Below are positions 56,757 through 63,214 of a stretch of 64,000 nucleotides of DNA, in pieces. Position 1 is the stretch's first letter; each line of letters begins with the position of its first letter. The notes under the pieces were generated by a model. It was not told the DNA's origin. It worked only from the letters and a program-made list of their open reading frames with translations, and searched no databases. A program made the translations under genes and the position numbers. This stretch comes from Eubacteriales bacterium (GTDB taxonomy: Bacteria; Bacillota; Clostridia; Christensenellales; UBA1242): contig JAHAXB010000031.1 of the NCBI GenBank assembly GCA_018384735.1, forward strand, positions 46,117-110,116, given 5' to 3'.

Positions 56757-57515
56757 ATGAAAGTTCTAATTACGGGGGCTTCATCCGGTATGGGACGAGA
56801 GATGGCCAAAATCTTAGCGGAAAAGTACGACCAGATGGTGTTGGTGGCGCGTGACCAAGCGCGTTTGTTGGAGTTACAACAAATCATCAATACGGAGTAT
56901 CCGCACTGCAACGTGATTACGGTTAGTATGGATTTAAGCGTAGCGGAACATTGTCAGCAGTTGTACGCCATGCACCCCGATGTAGATTTGTTGATTAACA
57001 ATGCAGGTTTTGGCGACAGTGGTGCTTTTGTCCAAGCTTCCTTGGATAAAGATTTGGCTATGATTAACACTAACATTACTGCGTTGCACATTTTGACCAA
57101 ATTGTACTTAGTGGCAATGCAGCAGCGTAACAGCGGCCACATTTTGAATGTGGGTTCGATTGCCGGTTTCATGCCCGGACCTTTGATGGCAACATATTAC
57201 GCGACCAAAAATTATGTGGTGCGTTTGAGCGAAAGTATCCGTGAAGAACTGCGCCGTGCTAAATCCAAGGTAAAAATCAGTGTACTTTGCCCCGGACCGG
57301 TCGACACAAACTTTGCGCGTACCGCCAATGTTAAATTTAATTTCCACGGTGTGAATAGCACTAAGGTGGCGCGTTATGCAATTCAACACTTGAATCAGTT
57401 TTACATTGTGCCAACCTTTGCGGTGCGCTTAGCCCGTTTCTTCATTGGCTTGTTGCCCACGACTTGGGTGGCGCGCATTGTGTACAAATTGCAAGCCAAC
57501 CGCCAAAAGGCCTGA
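56757..57515 (+). CDS. Short-chain dehydrogenase/reductase (SDR)
   Basis: Cofactor motif TGASSGMGRE, then NNAG, and the catalytic YYATKNYV (YxxxK). Confidence 0.85.
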   Translation: MKVLITGASSGMGREMAKILAEKYDQMVLVARDQARLLELQQIINTEYPHCNVITVSMDLSVAEHCQQLYAMHPDVDLLINNAGFGDSGAFVQASLDKDLAMINTNITALHILTKLYLVAMQQRNSGHILNVGSIAGFMPGPLMATYYATKNYVVRLSESIREELRRAKSKVKISVLCPGPVDTNFARTANVKFNFHGVNSTKVARYAIQHLNQFYIVPTFAVRLARFFIGLLPTTWVARIVYKLQANRQKA

Positions 57516-57561
57516 CCATTTCATTTGGCAAGTTTGGGGTTTGTGTATATAATAAGAAACG

Positions 57562-58614
57562 ATGAAAGAACAACAGGTTGCTGACGTGGGGGATGCACCA
57601 ATTAAAACTGGCACGCGTGTGTTAGTGCGTGTTGATTACAATGTCCCCATGACGACAGACGGAAAAATCAGTGATGACAAACGCATGGTGGACAGTTTGC
57701 CTACCATTCGTTATTTATTGGAACGTGGTGCCAAAGTTATTTTGTGCAGTCACTTTGGTCGTCCGGAAGGTAAACCCGAACCGCAATATTCTTTGCGTCC
57801 GGTTTATCAACACTTGCAAGCATTGTTACCAAATGTCACCGTCCAGTTCGCGGAACAAACAGTTGGCACAGCGGTAGAACAACAAGTCGCCACGATGCCG
57901 AACGGCAGCGTCCTACTGTTGGAAAATACCCGCTTTCAACCCGAGGAAACCGCTAACGACGCGGGCTTTGCTCAACAGTTGGCACGCTTAGGCGAAATCT
58001 TTGTGAACGATGCTTTTGGTGCTGCACACCGCGCCCACGCCAGCACAGTCGGGGTAGCGGACTATTTACCCAGTTATGCGGGCTTGTTAATGGCGCGCGA
58101 AATTGCCCAACTCAGTCAGGTTACCGCCCAACCCAAACGCCCGTTTACCGTTATCATTGGTGGTAAGAAAGTGGCGGACAAAATGCCTTTGGCGCGTAAA
58201 CTGGCGGAGCGCGCGGATTATCTTTTGGTGGGTGGCAAGATTGCTGCGGACTGGCAAGACGATGGCGTCAAACGCCGTGCCAAAATTTTCATTGCGCCGG
58301 ATCAAGGTTTAGATATTTCGATGGATACGGTCGCAACTTGGCGTCCGATTATTGAATCCAGTAAGACGATTTTTTGGAATGGTCCGTTAGGACAATTTGA
58401 TGTTGACCCCGCGAACGGTAACGGTACCCGTGCCGTTGCAACCATTGTGTCGAACAGTCGCGCGGTCAGTGTGGTTGGTGGTGGCGATACCGCGGCCGCG
58501 GTTAAAGGTTTCAAATTCACGCACGTTTCCACTGGGGGCGGTGCGGCTTTAGAATTTGTCGAAGGCACGACTTTGCCCGGCATTGCGTGCTTAAAGAAAA
58601 AAGGAGAAAAATAG
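57562..58614 (+). CDS. pgk: Phosphoglycerate kinase (short, 350 aa)
   Basis: Motifs RVDYNVPM, SHFGRPEG, NDAFGAAHRAHAS, WNGPLGQFD and STGGGAALEF. TATAAT lies 8 nt upstream of the ATG. Confidence 0.9.
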   Translation: MKEQQVADVGDAPIKTGTRVLVRVDYNVPMTTDGKISDDKRMVDSLPTIRYLLERGAKVILCSHFGRPEGKPEPQYSLRPVYQHLQALLPNVTVQFAEQTVGTAVEQQVATMPNGSVLLLENTRFQPEETANDAGFAQQLARLGEIFVNDAFGAAHRAHASTVGVADYLPSYAGLLMAREIAQLSQVTAQPKRPFTVIIGGKKVADKMPLARKLAERADYLLVGGKIAADWQDDGVKRRAKIFIAPDQGLDISMDTVATWRPIIESSKTIFWNGPLGQFDVDPANGNGTRAVATIVSNSRAVSVVGGGDTAAAVKGFKFTHVSTGGGAALEFVEGTTLPGIACLKKKGEK

Positions 58615-58615
58615 A

Positions 58616-59368
58616 ATGCGAAGACCAATCTTTTTTGCGTGTTGGAAATCGAACAAAACTCCAAAGGAAGTTTTGGAATTTTTCCAAGGAGTTTACCAAC
58701 GCGGGTTAGAACTCAAAAATAAAACCGAAGTGGTTTTGGCGCCGGCGGCGTGCTATTACGAAATCGCGCGTTTGAAAATGCCCAAGCCGTTACAACTGGG
58801 CGCGCAGGATGTCAGCGAAATTGAATACGGCGGACGTATGGGCGAACTCAGCGTACAACTGCTGAAAGAGTACGGAGTGAAGTATTGCATCGTGGGCGAT
58901 GGTACTTGGCGCCAAAACTTTGAATCCGACGATGTCGTCAACAAAAAAATCAAATTGTTGCAAAAGTACGGCATTACGCCAGTTTTGTGCGTGGGTGAAA
59001 CCTGGTCAGAAAACCAAAACAATTTAACCTTTGATGTGGTAAAACGCCAATTGCAGAGCGCACTGATGGGCGTACCCAATATCGACAGTTTGGTGGTTTG
59101 CTACCGTCCGATTTGGGTGGTACAACGTGGCATTTTACCGCGTCCTGATTATATTGACATGGTGACCAAGCATATTCGTAAATGTTTGGTGGAATTGAAA
59201 AACAATCCGCTGGACGCCAGTTTGCCGATTTTGTACGGTGGACAAATTACACCTTCCAACGTCAAAAGCTACATGGCTTTGCCCGAATTGGATGGTATCT
59301 TCTTTGTCGGTTCATCTTTGAACTTAGATTCATTTTATGGAGTAATTAACTATGATCAACAAAAATAA
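58616..59368 (+). CDS. tpiA: Triosephosphate isomerase homolog with non-canonical active site
   Basis: TIM-family landmarks MRRPIFFACWKSNKT, LCVGET, YGGQ and VGSSL are kept. GHSERR is replaced by GDGTWR, and YEPxWAIGTG by YRPIWVVQRG. AAGGAG RBS. Start is 1 nt after the pgk stop. Confidence 0.75.
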   Translation: MRRPIFFACWKSNKTPKEVLEFFQGVYQRGLELKNKTEVVLAPAACYYEIARLKMPKPLQLGAQDVSEIEYGGRMGELSVQLLKEYGVKYCIVGDGTWRQNFESDDVVNKKIKLLQKYGITPVLCVGETWSENQNNLTFDVVKRQLQSALMGVPNIDSLVVCYRPIWVVQRGILPRPDYIDMVTKHIRKCLVELKNNPLDASLPILYGGQITPSNVKSYMALPELDGIFFVGSSLNLDSFYGVINYDQQK

Positions 59369-60890
59369 AAATTTCAACCGCACAGTTTTGTGCATTATGG
59401 ACGGTTTGGGTTATAGCCCCCGCGAACAAGGTAACGCAGTGGTTGCGGCTGGAATGCCGAATTTAACCAAAGCGCGTAACCAAAATTTAACGACCTTAAT
59501 TAAAGCCAGTGGACACGAGGTTGGCTTGGATAGCGCGAAAGACGCGGGCAATAGTGAAGTCGGCCACAACGCGATGGGTGCAGGTGTAACGATTAAGCAG
59601 GGCTTATCCTTGTTGAACGATGCGTTTGCGACGGGCAAGATTTTCGAGTCCGCCGTTTGGCAAAAAATCAGCACCTATCCCAAATTGAACATTATTATTC
59701 TTTGCAGTAACGGTCGCGTACACAGTAACATCGAACATTTGTTTCAAGTGATTAAGCAATGCGAAAAGCAAAACTTACCGTACAGTGTAATTGCGATTAC
59801 CGATGGTCGTGATGTCAGCCCGCGTTCGGCAGCTGAATTTTTGGCGCAATTACCGCACTTGAGTGTGATTGGTGGTCGCGGTCAAATCTTTATGGACCGT
59901 TACCAAGCCCAAACGGAAATGCTAACCAGGGCGTTTGAAGTTTGCGTGGAAGGTAAAGCTCCGGTCGTTAAGGATTGGCGCGCATATTTGGAAGAATTCT
60001 ACCAAAACAATCCGAGCTTATCCGATGAACAAGTTCCACCGGTTATCGTCGATAAAGATAACTTAATCAAAAACGGGGAAGCGATTTTGCTGTTAAACTA
60101 CCGTGGTGACCGTGCGGTGGAAACTGCCCGTATGTTTGATCAAGGCGACTATCTTTCGGACGCCCAACGCGCACTGGTGAAAGATTGCTACTTCGCTGGC
60201 ATTTTGCAATACGACGCGGAATTGAACTTACCGAAAAATTATCTCTGCGAACCACCGGTTATCAGCAATACCTTGACCGAATGGTTATGCCAGCACAGTG
60301 CGCGCCAATACACGGTTACCGAAACAGTTAAGTTCGGTCACATGACCTATTTCTTCAACGGTAACAAGAGCGCCCCCATCGACCCGAAGTTAGAAACCTG
60401 GTTGGAAATCCCCAGTGATAAATTGAACAACCTGTATAATAAAGCCCCCAAAATGAAAGCGGTGGAGATTACCGACAAATTGATTGAGAACATTGAAAGC
60501 GGAAACTTTGATTTCTTGAAATGTAATTTGCCCAACCCGGACATGGTGGGACACTGTGGCGAGTTCGACGCTGCCGTGGTGGCTTGTCAAACGGTGGACG
60601 AATGTGTTGGGCGTCTGTATGACGTTTGCCAAAAAAACAAAGTTAATTTAATTGTTACCGCTGACCATGGTAACGCGGAAGAAATGACCGACGAAAACGG
60701 CAAAGTTAAAACTTCGCACACCAACAACTTGGTGCCGATTGCGATTTGTCCGTTTGCTGACCCCAATTTCCAAATGACCAACACGGAAGCAGGGCATTTT
60801 GGTTTAACCAACTTGGCCGCCACGATTTGCGACTTGATGGGTATTCCGGCTGACCCGCACTTTAATCCCAGCATGATTAAACGCGCGTAA
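59352..60890 (+). CDS. gpmI: 2,3-bisphosphoglycerate-independent phosphoglycerate mutase
   Basis: Motifs LCIMDGLGYS, GNSEVGHNAMGAG and TADHGNAE. Overlaps the tpi 3' end by 17 nt. Confidence 0.92.
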   Translation: MINKNKNFNRTVLCIMDGLGYSPREQGNAVVAAGMPNLTKARNQNLTTLIKASGHEVGLDSAKDAGNSEVGHNAMGAGVTIKQGLSLLNDAFATGKIFESAVWQKISTYPKLNIIILCSNGRVHSNIEHLFQVIKQCEKQNLPYSVIAITDGRDVSPRSAAEFLAQLPHLSVIGGRGQIFMDRYQAQTEMLTRAFEVCVEGKAPVVKDWRAYLEEFYQNNPSLSDEQVPPVIVDKDNLIKNGEAILLLNYRGDRAVETARMFDQGDYLSDAQRALVKDCYFAGILQYDAELNLPKNYLCEPPVISNTLTEWLCQHSARQYTVTETVKFGHMTYFFNGNKSAPIDPKLETWLEIPSDKLNNLYNKAPKMKAVEITDKLIENIESGNFDFLKCNLPNPDMVGHCGEFDAAVVACQTVDECVGRLYDVCQKNKVNLIVTADHGNAEEMTDENGKVKTSHTNNLVPIAICPFADPNFQMTNTEAGHFGLTNLAATICDLMGIPADPHFNPSMIKRA

Positions 60891-60911
60891 TCGCGCAGAA
60901 CAAAACTTGAC

Positions 60912-60945
60912 AAAACCAGATTTACCGCCTAGACTGGTTTTGTTA
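60912..60945 (+). terminator. Rho-independent terminator after gpmI
   Basis: Stem AAAACCAG / CTGGTTTT with a 14-nt loop and a T-rich tail. Confidence 0.6.
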
Positions 60946-60948
60946 TTT

Positions 60949-61038
60949 GGAGAGTTACCCAAGTGGTTAAGGGGCTCCCCTGCTAAGGGAGTAGCACTGT
61001 AACAGGTGGCCTGGGTTCGAACCCCAGACTCTCCGCCA
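60949..61038 (+). tRNA. tRNA-Ser, anticodon GCT (type II, CCA encoded)
   Basis: GGAGAGT TA CCC AAGTGGTTAA GGG G CTCCC CTGCTAA GGGAG (19-nt variable arm) CTGGG TTCGAAC CCCAG ACTCTCC G CCA. Confidence 0.9.
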
Positions 61039-61055
61039 ATTGTAAACTAAATTGA

Positions 61056-61088
61056 ACACCTGGATTGTGAGTAATCTAGGTGTTTTTT
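61056..61088 (+). terminator. Rho-independent terminator after tRNA-Ser
   Basis: 11-bp stem ACACCTGGATT / AATCTAGGTGT followed by TTTTTT. Confidence 0.7.
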
Positions 61089-61090
61089 AG

Positions 61091-62512
61091 TTAATGATTT
61101 AAAGTAAAAGAAAAGCCCTGGGTTGCAGGGCTTGTTTTCAGTGGTGTGTTAAATATAATTTTGATTTTATCATCATAGACAATGATTTTGTTGATAAGAT
61201 AATCTATCAATAATTTGGATGATAGTTTTAGTGCATCAAGATAATAATTACTAATTTCTTCTCTGGTTAGTTTTCGGGTGCTTTTGCTTTGTTCAATCAA
61301 AATATTCTTTTCTAATTCGAGTAATTTGTTTTCTAAATCTTTCATTCGTTTGTTGGTGGTATTATTAACTACACCTTGCTCGACAGCTGAGAGTAAGTTA
61401 TTTAGAGAGTTTTGCGTTTGTTTTTGTTCCTTAAGTAAAGCTGTTAGTAGGGGACTGTTGGTCTGGTTATTTTGTGCAAGTAATATTTTATCAATAATTG
61501 TCTTGATGTATTTTGGACTTTGTAATATTTCTAATATTTTTTTTATTACTAAATCTTCGATAAATTCTTTACGAATAGTAGTTTTGTGGCAGCCATTTTG
61601 TTTCTTACGTCCTAAACATTTGTAGTAGCGTAATTTTTTGCCTGTTTTGCTAACTCCACATTCTGCGCACATCGTTTTGCCGCAATAACCACATTCCAAT
61701 TTGTTGCGTAGTAAATAATCAATTTTAGTACTACGTTTACCATATCGATTGAGATTGATTTTATGTCTAACTTGCTCGTAAATTTCCGCAGAAATAATTG
61801 CTGGATAGATGTTTTTAAAAACTTCGTTGTTATGTCGGAAAATTCCGAAATATTTTTCATTTTTCAAAATATTATAAATTGTATTTTGTGCAAATGGTTT
61901 GTCGCGATTATAAATGTGATTTTGAGTTAAATGTTGAATAATATCTTTTACATAAACACCAAGTGCATATTGTTTGTAAATATATCTAACAACTTCTGCT
62001 TGTTCTTCATCGATGATGATTTTGTGATTTTCTACTTTGTAACCATACAATAAATGTCCACCTGTAAAGTTACCTTTCAATCTTGTTTCATTCATTCCGC
62101 GTTTAACTTTTTGAGATAACTCGGCGGAATAATATTCAGCCATACCTTCTAATAAACTTTCAAGAATGATACCTTCGGGCGTGTCAGGTATGTTTTTCAT
62201 TGCAGATAATAATTTCACGCCATTGTCTTTTAATATCTTTTTATATTTCGCAGTTTCATACTTGTTACGGCTAAAGCGATCAATCTTGTATACCAAAATG
62301 TATTGCCATTCGTGATTACTGGAATCTTTTATCATGCGTTGAAAGTCGGGGCGGTTATCGTTTGTTCCAGTCATAGCTCGGTCAATGTAAGTGTCGAGAA
62401 TTAAAATGTCATTGTTCTTGGCATATTGTTCGCAGACTCTTAACTGACCTTCAATACTTTGTTCAGTCTGATTATCACTGCTGTATCTTGCGTAGACAAC
62501 TGCTGTTTTCAT
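61091..62512 (-). CDS. Large serine recombinase (resolvase catalytic domain, recombinase domain, zinc ribbon, coiled coil)
   Basis: Catalytic region AVVYARYSSDNQTEQSIEGQ, then YKIDRFSRN, and the Zn ribbon CGYCGKTM..YYKC. C-terminal coiled coil. AGGAGG RBS. Start set at MKTAVVYA. Confidence 0.88.
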   Translation of the reverse strand: MKTAVVYARYSSDNQTEQSIEGQLRVCEQYAKNNDILILDTYIDRAMTGTNDNRPDFQRMIKDSSNHEWQYILVYKIDRFSRNKYETAKYKKILKDNGVKLLSAMKNIPDTPEGIILESLLEGMAEYYSAELSQKVKRGMNETRLKGNFTGGHLLYGYKVENHKIIIDEEQAEVVRYIYKQYALGVYVKDIIQHLTQNHIYNRDKPFAQNTIYNILKNEKYFGIFRHNNEVFKNIYPAIISAEIYEQVRHKINLNRYGKRSTKIDYLLRNKLECGYCGKTMCAECGVSKTGKKLRYYKCLGRKKQNGCHKTTIRKEFIEDLVIKKILEILQSPKYIKTIIDKILLAQNNQTNSPLLTALLKEQKQTQNSLNNLLSAVEQGVVNNTTNKRMKDLENKLLELEKNILIEQSKSTRKLTREEISNYYLDALKLSSKLLIDYLINKIIVYDDKIKIIFNTPLKTSPATQGFSFTLNH

Positions 62513-62539
62513 TTGATTTTTCCTCCTTTTAAGTTTTTT

Positions 62540-62688
62540 CTTTGTCTTGCGACGGAGCGAAAAATAAACGGGAACACTCATTATTTTTGATTTAAGTGTT
62601 TTTCTACTTTTGCCAAGGGCGGTTAACCGTGCACTTTACCCTTGGCAACAAGTTCGTTCCCGTTTACGCTCCAAAGTCGCAAACAAAG
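62540..62688. repeat. Nested inverted-repeat structure (~150 bp) directly upstream of the serine recombinase gene
   Basis: About 30 bp of outer pairing in four helical segments: 62565-75/62656-66, 62554-59/62667-72, 62549-53/62676-80 and 62540-48/62681-88. These enclose a perfect 10-bp inner stem (62610-19/62639-48) whose loop starts with the palindrome CGGTTAACCG. Confidence 0.8.
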
Positions 62689-62712
62689 AAATTACGAGAA
62701 GGAGCATACAAA

Positions 62713-62902
62713 AAGTGAGTTGTCATTTCCATAAAGTTTGTATTAAAACATGTGTCAACTTTGTATCTTTATGTATCAAAAAATGTCATTTATATTAAAA
62801 ATTATTTCATCTTCAAAATACTGAGTGAATATTTTTGATACATAAATGACAACTTTTTTAACAAAGTTGATAACAAATGATATAAAGATTCACATAAACT
62901 TT
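62713..62902. repeat. Concentric inverted repeats in the divergent intergenic region (candidate operators or divergent promoters)
   Basis: Perfect 17-bp pair TCATTTCCATAAAGTTT (62713-29 / 62886-902), 10-bp pair TCAACTTTGT (62745-54 / 62851-60), and 12-bp pair ATGTATCAAAAA (62761-72 / 62822-33). TGTCATTT occurs three times. Confidence 0.75.
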
Positions 62903-62945
62903 ATGGAAATGATAATTTCTTTGTTTTATAGTTTTGGCGTTAAGG

Positions 62946-63074
62946 AGCAAAGATTATGGAACAAAAAGAACAATCAATCGTATTTGATACCAAACTAATG
63001 AGAGAGACAGAGTTTCATTATTTGGTTGAAATGTTAGAAATGATGTTTTCGTCATTTCGTGACAAGCAGAAAGC
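62946..63074 (+). CDS. Small 42-aa ORF upstream of the integrase (possible excisionase or regulator, speculative)
   Basis: AAGGAG lies 7 nt upstream of the ATG. Sequence is MEQKEQSIVFDTKLMRETEFHYLVEMLEMMFSSFRDKQKAPP. Not in the supplied ORF track because it is shorter than 60 aa. Confidence 0.35.
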
Positions 63075-63214
63075 GCCACCTTAGTGCGGATAAAAGTGAT
63101 GGCACTTGTTATATATAAAGGCACGCCACGATCTCAAAGAGAACTTTTTAAGTTTTTTGTCTGTGTGTTTGTCTTGTGTTTACTTATAAATTTTTACTAA
63201 AAGGAGATGATATT

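Noticed and set aside
62610-62798. 62-aa plus-strand ORF (MPRAVNRALYPWQQ...) upstream of the serine recombinase.
   Set aside because: It starts inside the inner stem of the nested inverted repeat and continues through the palindromic promoter region. It has no RBS and an implausible, highly basic and Cys-rich composition.
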